DNA from: an uncultured Clostridia bacterium
GTDB lineage: Bacteria > Bacillota > Clostridia > Christensenellales > UBA1242
Assembly (NCBI GenBank): GCA_947630745.1
Contig: CANRIT010000001.1
Span: forward strand, 94,732-158,731
Length of the DNA stretch: 64,000 nt
Direction of reading: 5' to 3'
Of this stretch, positions 34,480 through 45,011 are shown piece after piece. The translations under genes were made by a program, and so were the position numbers. The notes beneath the pieces are model-generated. The model ran no database searches and had not been told where the DNA came from. It saw only the letters and a program-made list of their open reading frames with translations. Each line of letters opens with the position of its first letter. The stretch's first letter is position 1.

Positions 34480-35835
34480 TTATTTTCCCAAGCAAAATTT
34501 GCTAAAAATGCGGTCAATAATTGCTTCATCGCTAGTTACACCCGTGATTTCGCCAAGCGATTGCCAAGCCGATTTTAAAAGATTTGCAGTTATATCCAAA
34601 GTGGTGGTTGCAAATGTTTGCTTGGCTTGAAGCAATAATTCAATTGCCTTGCTTACGCATTGGATGTGGCGAGCGTTGGTTAGATAAAAAGCATTGCCGT
34701 CAATTTGCTTGTTGACGGTTAAATCAAAAATCTGCTGCTTTAATTTATCCAAATTTTCACCAGTAAGCGCACTTACATAAATATACCCGTCTAGGGTATT
34801 GTGCAATGCTACATTTTTGTTGGTAGTTTTTGTTTTATTGGTTGTGTCAGCATGCTGTGTGGGGGTATATAAATCGCTTTTATTAAATACTTTTATTATA
34901 GGCTTTGGGGTATTTAGCGTGCAGATATTATCACTATCACTAATCAACAGCACAATATCCGCATCGTTAAGCGTTTGTTTGGCGCGTTCTATGCCAATTT
35001 GTTCCACTTTATCTGCGCTTTCGTGTATGCCAGCCGTGTCAAACAGCCTAAAAATTATCCCATTAAATTGATATTCCGCATCGATAACATCGCGCGTTGT
35101 GCCAGCAATTTCGGTTACAATCGCCTTGTTTGTGTTGGTAAGCGCGTTTAACAGACTGCTTTTGCCCACATTTGGCGCGCCAACAAGTGCCACTTTAACC
35201 CCGTTTTTTATTATTTGCCCGTTTTTGCTTGTGTTTAAAAGCGCGCGCAAATCGTCAATAATAAAGGCGAGATTTTGTTGCACATTGCTGGTTTCTTGCG
35301 CAGAAAATTCGTATTCTGGATAGTCTAATTTTGCTTCTATTTCTGCAATAATGTCGGTTAACTTGTTGGCTTGATTGGCTATAATTTCAACAAGTTGACC
35401 ATTTAAAAGTTTGCTACCCATGCTTATTTGCATGTCGCTCTCCGCATTAATTATATCCATTATCCCTTCCGCTTGGTCAAGGGTAAGTTTGCCGTTTAAA
35501 AATGCGCGTTTGCTAAATTCTCCCGCCCCCGCCATGGTTGCGCCAAATTGCAAACAAGCATCAATAATCATTTGTGCTAAGTGATACCCTCCATGGGCAT
35601 GTATTTCAACCACATCTTCGCCCGTGTAACTGTTGGGCGCGGCAAAAAACACAACAAGTGCATCATCGCTTGCGTTTTTAAAATATATCTTTTTTAGATA
35701 CATATATCGTGGGATAAATTTTTGCTTGGATTTGGTAAGTTTTTGCAAAATACTATATGCCCCCTCCCCCGATATGCGGATAATTGCCACCCCACTATTT
35801 CCGGGCGGGGTTGCAAGTGCAACTACTGTGTCCAT
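34480..35835 (-). CDS. mnmE: tRNA modification GTPase MnmE (TrmE)
   Basis: DTVVALATPPG..., GAPNVGKSSLLNAL (G1), DTAG (G3), C-terminal FCLGK. Start set at ATG 35835 after AAGGTG. Confidence 0.93.
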   Translation of the reverse strand: MDTVVALATPPGNSGVAIIRISGEGAYSILQKLTKSKQKFIPRYMYLKKIYFKNASDDALVVFFAAPNSYTGEDVVEIHAHGGYHLAQMIIDACLQFGATMAGAGEFSKRAFLNGKLTLDQAEGIMDIINAESDMQISMGSKLLNGQLVEIIANQANKLTDIIAEIEAKLDYPEYEFSAQETSNVQQNLAFIIDDLRALLNTSKNGQIIKNGVKVALVGAPNVGKSSLLNALTNTNKAIVTEIAGTTRDVIDAEYQFNGIIFRLFDTAGIHESADKVEQIGIERAKQTLNDADIVLLISDSDNICTLNTPKPIIKVFNKSDLYTPTQHADTTNKTKTTNKNVALHNTLDGYIYVSALTGENLDKLKQQIFDLTVNKQIDGNAFYLTNARHIQCVSKAIELLLQAKQTFATTTLDITANLLKSAWQSLGEITGVTSDEAIIDRIFSKFCLGK

Positions 35836-35842
35836 ATTCACC

Positions 35843-36865
35843 TTATTTTTGCTTTTTACATTCAAAATTATAGCCTGTTTTACACATATTTTCTAGGTCG
35901 CGCTCAGCATGCCAGCCAAGTTCTTTTTCTGCCTTTTCTGGGCTTGCGTAACAGATGTCAATATCCCCGGGGCGGCGTGGAGCAAATTTATATTTAACCT
36001 TGCCACCACACACTTTGTTGTATGCGTTTACAATATCTAACACCGAATACCCCTTACCCGTGCCCAAGTTGTAGATTTGCAGTCCGCAATTTTGTTCTAA
36101 TTTTTTTATTGCGCACAGATGTCCTTTTGCCAAATCTACCACATGGATATAGTCGCGCACACCGGTACCGTCTGGGGTATTATAATCGTTGCCAAAAATG
36201 CTTAAACAATCAAGTTTGCCAGTTGCCACGCGCGAAATGTATGGGAAAAGGTTGTTTGGTATGCCGTTTGGGTCTTCGCCAATAAGTCCGCTGTCGTGCG
36301 CGCCAATTGGATTGAAATAGCGCAAAATGGCAATATTAAACGAATTGTCGGCAGCGTAAAGGTCTTTTAAAATCTCTTCTATAAACAACTTTGTACGGCC
36401 GTATGGGTTGGTTGCGCCAACTGGAAAATCTTCGTAAATAGGCATAGATTTTGCTTGCCCGTACACGGTTGCGGACGAACTAAACACAAAATTTTTAACA
36501 TTAAATTTGCGCATTACTTCCAAAAGTTTTAGTGTGGAAATAAGGTTGTTGTCGTAATATTCAATTGGCTTTTTTGTGGATTCCCCAACCGCTTTAAGCC
36601 CAGCAAAATGCACCACTGCGTCAATTTTGTTTTGACTAAACACCTTGTTAAGCAAATTTTCGTCCCTAACATCGCCCACATAGACCTTAAAATTGTCTTC
36701 CCCTATTTTGCGCGTTGACGAAACGATTTGCGCAATCCTATCTTTTACCGACAGGTCGCTGTTTGACAGATTATCCACAACAACCACATCATATCCCGCG
36801 CTTAAAAGTTCAACCGCGGTGTGCGAGCCGATATATCCCAGCCCGCCAGTTAATAAAATACTCAT
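35843..36865 (-). CDS. galE: UDP-glucose 4-epimerase
   Basis: ILLTGGLGYIGSH (Rossmann), YGRTK (YxxxK), 340 aa. Confidence 0.9.
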   Translation of the reverse strand: MSILLTGGLGYIGSHTAVELLSAGYDVVVVDNLSNSDLSVKDRIAQIVSSTRKIGEDNFKVYVGDVRDENLLNKVFSQNKIDAVVHFAGLKAVGESTKKPIEYYDNNLISTLKLLEVMRKFNVKNFVFSSSATVYGQAKSMPIYEDFPVGATNPYGRTKLFIEEILKDLYAADNSFNIAILRYFNPIGAHDSGLIGEDPNGIPNNLFPYISRVATGKLDCLSIFGNDYNTPDGTGVRDYIHVVDLAKGHLCAIKKLEQNCGLQIYNLGTGKGYSVLDIVNAYNKVCGGKVKYKFAPRRPGDIDICYASPEKAEKELGWHAERDLENMCKTGYNFECKKQK

Positions 36866-36956
36866 ACATATCTCCTTAAAAGCATTTTAGCACAAATGCG
36901 AATGTTTGTAAACTTTTTGGGCGAACAATCATATTTTTTATTAAAATGGAGGAAAT

Positions 36957-37613
36957 ATGAAAGTTTTGGTTGTGGGTGCGTGTGGAAAAATGGGGCAAAT
37001 GTTATGCGCGCGCCTAAACGAATTGAAGATTGAAAACTGTGGCATAGACAAACATAATCGCACGCTTGCAGACGATTTTGATGCCGATGTTGTGGTGGAT
37101 TTTTCGTCAAGCGAATGTTTAAAGGAAAATTTGATTTTGGCAAAACAGAAGCGCATTCCAATTGTTATTGCCACAACAAATCACAGCGCGCAAAACTTGC
37201 AACTTATTGACGAATTTAAGCGAGATATTCCAATTTTTATGTCGGCAAATTTCAGCATTATGTTTAATGTGATGTTGAAGTTGATGTCAAATTTAGGCGC
37301 GCTTAAAAATTGCGATTTTGTGCTTACTGAAATCCACCACAAACACAAAAAAGACAGTCCAAGTGGTTCGTGCCTAAAAATAAAAACCGCGCTTAACAAA
37401 CAAGGCATTCAACCCACAATAACAGCACACCGCGTGGGCGAAGTGGTTGGCGAACACATGCTGCAAATTTTTGGCGAAAGCGAAAGTTTAACCATAAGCC
37501 ATAGCGCGCAAAGCCGCCGCGTTTTTTGCGATGGCGCAATTTTGGCGTGTAAATTTATTGAAAATAAATCGCCCGCGCTTTATGGCATGTCTGATTTGTT
37601 AAATTTAGATTGA
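36957..37613 (+). CDS. dapB: 4-hydroxy-tetrahydrodipicolinate reductase (short form, 218 aa)
   Basis: MKVLVVGACGKMGQ (NAD(P) fold) and the signature EIHHKHKKDSPSGS. Confidence 0.8.
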   Translation: MKVLVVGACGKMGQMLCARLNELKIENCGIDKHNRTLADDFDADVVVDFSSSECLKENLILAKQKRIPIVIATTNHSAQNLQLIDEFKRDIPIFMSANFSIMFNVMLKLMSNLGALKNCDFVLTEIHHKHKKDSPSGSCLKIKTALNKQGIQPTITAHRVGEVVGEHMLQIFGESESLTISHSAQSRRVFCDGAILACKFIENKSPALYGMSDLLNLD

Positions 37614-37746
37614 CCCTTTTAATGCAAAACAAATTTAGGTTGATATTCTATATAATAAACCATATAACTTTTAATTATTTTAAAAACGCAAAACAATAAG
37701 TTGATTTTTATTTTTGTTTGGGTTAATATATTGTTAGGGGGAAAAG

Positions 37747-40083
37747 ATGGATAAATTTTCATCGTCAAGTTATTTAGAAAAATTAAACAAGTATTGGTGC
37801 GCAGCAAACTACCTATCTGTGGCGCAGTTATATTTAAAGGACAATCCGCTTTTGCGCGACCACGAATTGAGCAAAGACGACATTAAACAAAAACTGGTTG
37901 GACATTGGGGAACAGTGCCCGGGCAGAATTTTGTTTACGCGCATTGCAATAGGATAATTCAAAAATACAACCAAGATTTAATTCTGCTGTCCGGACCGGG
38001 ACATGGCGGCAATTTTTTGACAGCAAACAGCTATTTGGAAGGTGTTTACAGCGAATACTATCCAAACATTTCACGCGACCATGACGGGATGGCGCGCTTT
38101 TGCAAGCAGTTTTCTTTCCCGGGCGGAATAGGCTCGCATGCAGTGCCAGAAACGCCGGGTTCAATCCATGAAGGGGGCGAACTTGGCTATGTGCTTGCGC
38201 ACGCGTTTGGTGCGGTTTTGGATAATCCAAATCTTGTGGCAGTGGCGATTGTTGGCGATGGCGAGGCGGAGACTGGCCCGCTTGCAACAAGTTGGCATTC
38301 CAACAAATTTTTACACCCACAAAATGACGGCGCGGTGCTGCCAATTTTGCATCTTAATGGATATAAAATAAACAACCCGACCATACTTTCACGCATGGAT
38401 AAAAGCACGCTTAAAAAACTTATGGAAGGTTACGGCTACTCCCCAATTTTTGTTGAAGGCAGCGAGCCCATGACCATGCACAAAAAAATGGCAGCGGCGA
38501 TGGATAGTTGCATGTCGACATTAAGGCAGATTAAGGCGGGCAAAAAACAAAACTATCCTATGATTATTTTGCGCACACCAAAGGGTTGGACTGGTCCAAA
38601 ACAGGTGGACGGCAAAATTGTTGAAGGCAGTTTCCGTGCGCATCAAATTCCGCTGGATATGTCAAAAGATGAGCATTTAATTCAGCTTAAAAATTGGCTG
38701 TTAAGCTACCACCCCGACCAACTTTTTGACAGCAACTACAAACTTAAAAGCGAAATTGCGTCCGTTATTCCAACTGGCAACAAGCGCATAACAGCCAGCC
38801 CATATGCAAACGGCGGGCGATTGCTTAAAGAACTTAAATTGCCAGCCATTGAAAAGTATGCGGTTAAATTTGACGGGTACGGCACAGCACGCGCGCAAGA
38901 TATGTTGGTGTTAAGCTCGTACATAAGGGACATTTTTAAACTTAACAAAGCAAACAAAAACTATCGCATTTTCAGCCCAGACGAGGCGGCAAGCAATCGG
39001 CTTTATCATGTTTTTGAAAGCGAAAATCGCGCGTTTGGTGAGCGCATTTTGCCAACCGATGAAAACTTGGCTGCTGACGGGCGGGTTATGGATAGTTACC
39101 TTTCCGAACACATGTGCGAAGGCTGGCTTGAAGGTTATCTACTCACTGGCCGGCATGGGCTGTTTGATAGTTACGAGGCGTTTATCCGTGTGGTTGACAG
39201 CATGGTTAGCCAGCACGCAAAATGGCTTAAATGCTGCAACGAAATTGAATGGCGCAAACCTATATCTTCGCTAAACTTGATTTTGACCAGCAATGTTTGG
39301 CAGCAAGACCACAACGGGTTTACTCATCAAGACCCAGGCATGCTTGACCATATTGTAAATAAAAAGGCGGATGTTGTGCGCATATATCTGCCTGCCGATG
39401 CAAACTGCTTGCTGTCGTGCTACAACCACTGTGCACAAAGCAAAAATTATGTAAATGTAATTGTGGCAAGCAAACACCCATCCTATCAGTGGCTGAATAT
39501 GGAAGACGCCAAAAAACACTGCGCGCGCGGGGTTGGTGAATGGACTTGGGCGGGCGCAAACAACACAAAAAATCCCGACCTTGTTGTGGTTGGATGTGGC
39601 GACACTGCTACGCTTGAAGCGCTTGGAACTGTACAGCTTTTAAAAACATATTTGCCTACACTTAATGTTAAGTTTGTTAATGTGGTGGATTTGATGAAGC
39701 TGGTTTCAAGCAAGGCGCATCCGCATGGACTGACCGATGCCGAGTACGATAAAATTTTTACCGCCGACAAGCCAATTATTTTCAACTTCCACGGCTATCC
39801 ACAACTTGTTCACCAACTCACCTACAATCGACACAACCAAAATTTGCACGTGTCTGGCTATATGGAAGAAGGCACAATTACCACCCCATTTGACATGCGG
39901 GTTAAAAATGGAATTGACCGCTATCATTTGATGATTAAGTCGCTGAAATATTTAAACATTGACCCACAAGTTAAGGCTAAAATTGAAAAGGAAATGAAAC
40001 AAAAATTGTCAAAACACGCCGCTTACATTCGCGAGCATGGAGTTGATATGCCCGAAATTGCCAACTGGCAGTGGAAAGCTTAG
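37747..40083 (+). CDS. xfp: Xylulose-5-phosphate/fructose-6-phosphate phosphoketolase
   Basis: 778 aa. ...LKDNPLL...GHWGTVPGQNF...GPGHGG...EGGELGY...GDGEAETGP are the conserved XFP blocks. Confidence 0.93.
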   Translation: MDKFSSSSYLEKLNKYWCAANYLSVAQLYLKDNPLLRDHELSKDDIKQKLVGHWGTVPGQNFVYAHCNRIIQKYNQDLILLSGPGHGGNFLTANSYLEGVYSEYYPNISRDHDGMARFCKQFSFPGGIGSHAVPETPGSIHEGGELGYVLAHAFGAVLDNPNLVAVAIVGDGEAETGPLATSWHSNKFLHPQNDGAVLPILHLNGYKINNPTILSRMDKSTLKKLMEGYGYSPIFVEGSEPMTMHKKMAAAMDSCMSTLRQIKAGKKQNYPMIILRTPKGWTGPKQVDGKIVEGSFRAHQIPLDMSKDEHLIQLKNWLLSYHPDQLFDSNYKLKSEIASVIPTGNKRITASPYANGGRLLKELKLPAIEKYAVKFDGYGTARAQDMLVLSSYIRDIFKLNKANKNYRIFSPDEAASNRLYHVFESENRAFGERILPTDENLAADGRVMDSYLSEHMCEGWLEGYLLTGRHGLFDSYEAFIRVVDSMVSQHAKWLKCCNEIEWRKPISSLNLILTSNVWQQDHNGFTHQDPGMLDHIVNKKADVVRIYLPADANCLLSCYNHCAQSKNYVNVIVASKHPSYQWLNMEDAKKHCARGVGEWTWAGANNTKNPDLVVVGCGDTATLEALGTVQLLKTYLPTLNVKFVNVVDLMKLVSSKAHPHGLTDAEYDKIFTADKPIIFNFHGYPQLVHQLTYNRHNQNLHVSGYMEEGTITTPFDMRVKNGIDRYHLMIKSLKYLNIDPQVKAKIEKEMKQKLSKHAAYIREHGVDMPEIANWQWKA

Positions 40084-40148
40084 TATTTAATATCAACCAA
40101 ATGCGTTTACCTTGTTTGTAAAAAAAATAAAGCACAAATGTGCTTTTT

Positions 40149-40225
<77 letters not shown>

Positions 40226-40442
40226 ATGCTGATTTGTAAGCGTTGATATTATATCAAATATTTTTTGAAAAGTAAACAGTTTTTTGAAAAATTTTTAAAA
40301 TTTAAACAAAATTGTGTGGTTTTATTTTTATATCCATATGTAAATTTTTTGTCGGGATTAATACAGATGGCTTTTGCGCGCGGTTTTTATATATGATAGG
40401 TTTATTATTTTAATTGTTGGCAAACATTTATTTGGAGGGTTT

Positions 40443-40655
40443 ATGAAAAAAATGATTACAACCAAAGATTTGATGTCGCTAAACGAAATGATGACCTACG
40501 AAAATTGGATGGCTACAAAAATGAAGTTTTGCGAACAAGCAGTAAGCGAGAAGCCGCTTAAAACCATGTTTAAAAGCATGGCGGATGAGCATAAGGCCAA
40601 CCATGCAAAACTTTTAAACTATTTAAAAGCCAATGCTGAAGGAGGGGATAAATAA
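40443..40655 (+). CDS. Small CotF-like (spore coat F domain) protein
   Basis: 70 aa from ATG 40443 after GGAGGG. Helical, with ...MFKSMADEHKANHAKLLNYLK. Paired with the next ORF. Confidence 0.45.
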   Translation: MKKMITTKDLMSLNEMMTYENWMATKMKFCEQAVSEKPLKTMFKSMADEHKANHAKLLNYLKANAEGGDK

Positions 40656-40939
40656 TGGAATTCAACACGCAGAACACTTTGCAAGACGCACTGATTGCAC
40701 ACAAATTTTTAATTCATGCGTATGGGCAGTATTCAATTGAATGTTCAAACGAACAGTTGCGAGCATTGTTTGCTGAAAATCAAGCATGTGCAATGCAACA
40801 CGATTTAAAAATCTTTAAAATAATGAATGAAAAAGGTTTTTATCCAGCCACGCCAGCAGCCGCAAAAGAAGTTAAACAAGCATTAAAATTGCACACCGAC
40901 ATGCAAAAGATGTTAGAACAAAATTTAAAAGCAAAATAA
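40655..40939 (+). CDS. CotF-like spore coat protein
   Basis: 94 aa. ...DALIAHKFLIHAYGQYSIECSNEQLRALF...IMNEKGFYPA. The start overlaps the previous stop (ATAATG). Confidence 0.5.
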   Translation: MEFNTQNTLQDALIAHKFLIHAYGQYSIECSNEQLRALFAENQACAMQHDLKIFKIMNEKGFYPATPAAAKEVKQALKLHTDMQKMLEQNLKAK

Positions 40940-41097
40940 AGCAAGCGTAATGCTTGTTTTTTATATACCCCACCCCACTATTTTTATATTTGAAAATAAC
41001 GATGTTTTGTTGTTGATGATTTGTGGTTGACTATACCCCATCACCCATAAAAGATTTAGGAAAACAAAAAAGGTAAGATATACCCCTACCCTGCATG

Positions 41098-41748
41098 TTA
41101 ATTTTGAATGTTGTTGTTTTTGTGCTTATTTGCAAAATGGCGAATGATTTCGTAGATTATAACTATTGCAACAATTGCTAAGAATACATATAGCAAATAG
41201 TCGTTAAGTGCGGGGAAGAATTGTAGAATTAGGGTTATCAAAAGTCCAGCAACCACATTGCCAGATATTACGGTTATGCAAGTTGATGCAAAATCCAATC
41301 CTAAAAATACTGCAACACAACTGCCAGTCCAAACACCAGTAAGCGGTAAAGGGACAGCAACAAACACAAACACTGCCAAAATCTTTTTCCAGTATGTGCG
41401 GCTAAACCTTGCGCTTTTTTCGTTCGCGCCGTCTATTTTCTCTGTTTTACCTTTTATTCGGTTTTCTATGGCGCTAGCAAGTTTACCAAATAATTTTGTG
41501 CGCTTTAACCAGTTGATTATTGGGATGAAAATTAGTGCGATTATTGGTACTATCAGCGAACTGCCCAAAAGACTCCAACCAAAGGCTTGCCAATTGTTCA
41601 TGGCGATTGTTTGCCAAATTCCCGAATTGGTGGCAAAAGGAATTGCTCCCCTAAGTTCGATTATTGGGACCATGGAAATCAATATTGTGGCAAGTATTAT
41701 GTTGTCGCCAAACACACTGCCGAAAAAATTGCTTAAAACATTTGTCAT
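41098..41748 (-). CDS. Polytopic membrane protein (COG2426 'small multidrug export'-like)
   Basis: 216 aa. MVPIIELRGAIPFA motif and several TM spans. Promoter TTGACA (41785..41780)-17-TAGAAT (41762..41757), 8 nt before the ATG. Confidence 0.6.
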   Translation of the reverse strand: MTNVLSNFFGSVFGDNIILATILISMVPIIELRGAIPFATNSGIWQTIAMNNWQAFGWSLLGSSLIVPIIALIFIPIINWLKRTKLFGKLASAIENRIKGKTEKIDGANEKSARFSRTYWKKILAVFVFVAVPLPLTGVWTGSCVAVFLGLDFASTCITVISGNVVAGLLITLILQFFPALNDYLLYVFLAIVAIVIIYEIIRHFANKHKNNNIQN

Positions 41749-41973
41749 TGTTATTTATTCTACCTAATTATTAGACGATTGTCAACATTTTTGTTATGGT
41801 TAGTTTGTGTAGGGCTTTGTATTTTATAATTTGCTGTATTATATCTTATTAAAATCAATACAAAATTTTAACAAATAAGCAAAAATATTGAAAATTTTAA
41901 TATAATTTTTGCGTTTTTAAGAAATTTATTGCAAAAATTAAAAAAATGATATATTATTATTGTGGAGAAAGAT

Positions 41974-42741
41974 ATGGGAAAAGTAATTTCAGTAACAAAT
42001 CAAAAAGGTGGAGTTGGCAAAACCACCACTTGCGTTAACTTGGCTGCATATTTGGCAGACGCGGGTAAAAAGGTGCTGCTTATAGATATGGACCCGCAAG
42101 GTAATGCTTGCCAAAGTGTCGGCGTAGAAGTTGATAAAGAAAAGGATACAATATACGAAGTTCTGCTTGGTGAATGCGATATCAAGTCTGTTGCTTATCC
42201 AAGTGTACAAAAAAATTTAACTATTGTGCCTTCTACCGTGGATTTAGCGGGCGCAGAAGTAGATTTGGTGTATTTGGACAACCGCGAAAAGATTTTAAAG
42301 CAAGCCGTGGACGACATTAAAAACCAATATGATTACATATTTATTGACTGTCCACCTTCACTTGGCTTGCTTACGGTAAATGCTCTTACAGCAAGTGATA
42401 CAATTTTAATTCCTATTCAATGTGAGTATTTTGCTTTGGTCGGGCTTGGTCAGCTTATGAACACTGTTCGCCTTATTAAAAAACATTTAAATCCAGCAAT
42501 TGAAATTGAAGGGGTTTTGCTCACCATGAAGGACAATAGAAGCAACCTAGTTGCTCAAGTGTCGGAAGAAATTAAAAAACACTTTGGTACTACTGTTTAC
42601 GAGACAACTATTCCAAGAAATATTCGCCTTGCAGAAAGTCCAAGCCACGGAATGCCAATATTGATGTATGACGGGAAAAGTAAAGGGGCGGCTGCTTACC
42701 TAGCCTTATCGCAAGAGTTTATAAAAAGGCAAAAGAAATAA
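41974..42741 (+). CDS. parA: Chromosome partitioning ATPase ParA/Soj
   Basis: MGKVISVTNQKGGVGKTT (deviant Walker A), DMDPQGN, IDCPPSLG. Confidence 0.92.
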   Translation: MGKVISVTNQKGGVGKTTTCVNLAAYLADAGKKVLLIDMDPQGNACQSVGVEVDKEKDTIYEVLLGECDIKSVAYPSVQKNLTIVPSTVDLAGAEVDLVYLDNREKILKQAVDDIKNQYDYIFIDCPPSLGLLTVNALTASDTILIPIQCEYFALVGLGQLMNTVRLIKKHLNPAIEIEGVLLTMKDNRSNLVAQVSEEIKKHFGTTVYETTIPRNIRLAESPSHGMPILMYDGKSKGAAAYLALSQEFIKRQKK

Positions 42742-42746
42742 AGTCG

Positions 42747-42760
42747 GTTCTATGTAGAAC
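42747..42760. promoter_or_regulatory. 14-bp palindrome GTTCTATGTAGAAC, copy 1 (just after the parA stop)
   Basis: 6-bp perfect inverted arms with a 2-bp centre. An identical copy lies at 42933..42946. Confidence 0.6.
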
Positions 42761-42932
42761 AAGATTGGAAAGGATATATGATTTATATCCTTTTTTATTT
42801 TGCTTTATGTTCAGCTTAAAATTTGCAATATTATCCATTTTTCAATAAAAATTCACTATAAATTTAGAATTTTTGCGTTTTTTATCAAAAAATCGTTGAC
42901 TTTTGGGTTTTGTTTTTTTATTATAATAGTGA

Positions 42933-42946
42933 GTTCTATGTAGAAC
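42933..42946. promoter_or_regulatory. 14-bp palindrome GTTCTATGTAGAAC, copy 2 (between the parB -10 and SD)
   Basis: It lies ~6 nt after ttataat (42920..42926) and directly before AAGGAGA and ATG 42959. Confidence 0.6.
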
Positions 42947-42958
42947 CAAGGAGAAAGT

Positions 42959-43849
42959 ATGAAAAAAGGATTAGGTAGGGGGCTGGATAGTCTTTTAAAA
43001 GTCTACGATGATGAAGTTGATGTAAAAAAAGAAGATAAGCCAAGCCAAAATGTTACACAATTTGAAATGAGACATGGTGATGTACAAAAAATTAGAATGG
43101 ATAAAATATATCCAAATCCAAATCAGCCAAGAAAGAACTTTGATAAGGATAGTTTAAACGAATTGGCTGAGAGTATTAGAATTCACGGGCTTATTCAACC
43201 TATTATAGTCAACAAAATGCCAGACGGGTATATGATTATTGCGGGCGAACGAAGATTTAAGGCTGCAAAAATCGCAGGATTGGATGAAATTGATGCAATA
43301 GTAAAGAATTATAACGAAAAACAAGTGGCTGAAATTTCGATTATTGAGAATTTGCAACGTGAAGATTTAAACCCAGTTGAGCTTGCAAAAGGTATTAAAC
43401 GGCTTATGGAAGAGTTTGGTTTGACACAAGAAAAAGTGGCTGAAAGATTGAGTATGAGCCGTCCATCGGTAACCAATACTGTTAGAATATTAACCCTTTA
43501 TCCAGAAGTGTTGGAGTTGGTTGAAAAGGGTAAAATATCGTTTGGGCATGCCAAAATCTTGGTTGTGGTAACCGATTATGCCTCACAATTAGCCTTGGCA
43601 AAGAAGGTGGCAAAAGATAAATTAACGGTAAGGGATTTGGAACGTGAAGTTGAAGCCGTTTTAGGTAAATCCAAAAAGAAAAAGATTGCCCAAATGGCAA
43701 GCAGTGAATTGCAAGAATTTATAAACAATCTACAACGGAAACTGGGGACAAAGGTTTCGTTAATTGGTAACGACAAAAAGGGTAGGATTTATATCGACTA
43801 TTATTCACAAGATGATTTGGATAGAATTTATGACATTATGTTTAGATAA
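42959..43849 (+). CDS. parB: Chromosome partitioning protein ParB/Spo0J
   Basis: NPNQPRKNFD, GLIQPIIV, IIAGERRFKAAKIAG (ParB box), HTH LTQEKVAERLSMSRPSVTN. Confidence 0.92.
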   Translation: MKKGLGRGLDSLLKVYDDEVDVKKEDKPSQNVTQFEMRHGDVQKIRMDKIYPNPNQPRKNFDKDSLNELAESIRIHGLIQPIIVNKMPDGYMIIAGERRFKAAKIAGLDEIDAIVKNYNEKQVAEISIIENLQREDLNPVELAKGIKRLMEEFGLTQEKVAERLSMSRPSVTNTVRILTLYPEVLELVEKGKISFGHAKILVVVTDYASQLALAKKVAKDKLTVRDLEREVEAVLGKSKKKKIAQMASSELQEFINNLQRKLGTKVSLIGNDKKGRIYIDYYSQDDLDRIYDIMFR

Positions 43850-43867
43850 AAAAAGGATAGTTTTAAA

Positions 43868-44833
43868 CTATCTTTTTTGTTTGCTTTTAAGTATCTTTTT
43901 AAGCTTGGGTAGAAGTTCGGTTTTAATATCGGTATAAGATAAATCTGTTATAAAAGCTGCCGCTCCGGGATGCCCTCCACCCCCATATGATTTTGCCAAT
44001 TTGGATATATCGTAATCGTCTTTTGTACGGAAACTTACGTAGTTGGCGCTACCACGATTTGAGTAGACGCATATGATTTTTGCATCTTCTATTCCATTTA
44101 ATTGATTGGATATTCCATACAATTCGTCATTGCTGGCGTGATACTTTTGCATGTCACTATTTAATATTTTTGTAAAGACAATTTTGTTGTTTTCAAATTG
44201 TTCAACATTTAAAATTGCCACAGCAAGCATCTGCATGTTGGCAAGCGATTTATTGACTAAACTTTGCTTATAACATTTTTTTACATTAACATGTTTTGAA
44301 CATTCGGCAGCAATTTTAAAAGTCTGCTCATCAAAATTGCCAACAGCGAATCCGTTTGTATCTGCAAGTATCCCACAATAAAGTTTTTCATATTCGTCAT
44401 CGGTTGGGGTGTATTTAAACTGCCGCATAATTTTAAATATAATTTCGCAGGTTGAACTTATATTTTCTACAATATTTATATCGCCGCAAAAATCGTTTGT
44501 TGCATGATGGTCGATAACAATTTTGTATGGCGCATTAACAAATAGGTCTTTAAACTTGCCCAATCGCTCAGTGTTAGGGCAATCCATCATAACTGCACAA
44601 TCATACTGTTTTGGTGTTGGATTAATTTTAGTATTGCTTATTATAGCCTGCAAACTGTTTGAAACTTTGTTATATTCAGCAAAAATATCCACATTCGCTA
44701 GTTTAAACTTGCTTTCTAAAAAATGTTTGAAACAAACTAAGCTTGCAAAATCATCAGTATCTGGCGAAAGATGCCCAATAAGGCAGACTGATTTAAATTT
44801 TTTAAGTTGTTTAAGTGGTTTATAATTATTCAT
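43868..44833 (-). CDS. nrnA: DHH/DHHA1 phosphoesterase (NrnA-like nanoRNase/pAp phosphatase)
   Basis: GHLSPDTDDF, VIDHHATN (DHH), GGGGHPGAAAF (DHHA1). TATAAT (44845..44840) lies 6 nt before ATG 44833. Confidence 0.8.
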   Translation of the reverse strand: MNNYKPLKQLKKFKSVCLIGHLSPDTDDFASLVCFKHFLESKFKLANVDIFAEYNKVSNSLQAIISNTKINPTPKQYDCAVMMDCPNTERLGKFKDLFVNAPYKIVIDHHATNDFCGDINIVENISSTCEIIFKIMRQFKYTPTDDEYEKLYCGILADTNGFAVGNFDEQTFKIAAECSKHVNVKKCYKQSLVNKSLANMQMLAVAILNVEQFENNKIVFTKILNSDMQKYHASNDELYGISNQLNGIEDAKIICVYSNRGSANYVSFRTKDDYDISKLAKSYGGGGHPGAAAFITDLSYTDIKTELLPKLKKILKSKQKR

Positions 44834-44878
44834 ATATTTATTATATCAAAAACGAAACAAAAAGTAAAACGATATTGA

Positions 44879-45011
44879 TGTGGATAAATATTTAAAAATT
44901 AATAAAAAAATGCAAAAAATTATTAAAAAACATTAAAAAATGCTTAAAAATTGATGTTGTCCACAAAAAGTGGATAAAAATGTGGATAACTTGTGTATAA
45001 AATGTGGAAAA
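44879..45011. promoter_or_regulatory. Second DnaA-box cluster (6 boxes in 133 bp) inside an A/T-rich intergenic region
   Basis: TGTGGATAA at 44879..44887 (perfect). TTGTCCACA at 44957..44965 (1 mismatch). AGTGGATAA at 44969..44977 (1 mismatch). TGTGGATAA at 44981..44989 (perfect). TGTGTATAA at 44992..45000 (1 mismatch). TGTGGAAAA at 45003..45011 (1 mismatch). Confidence 0.7.
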
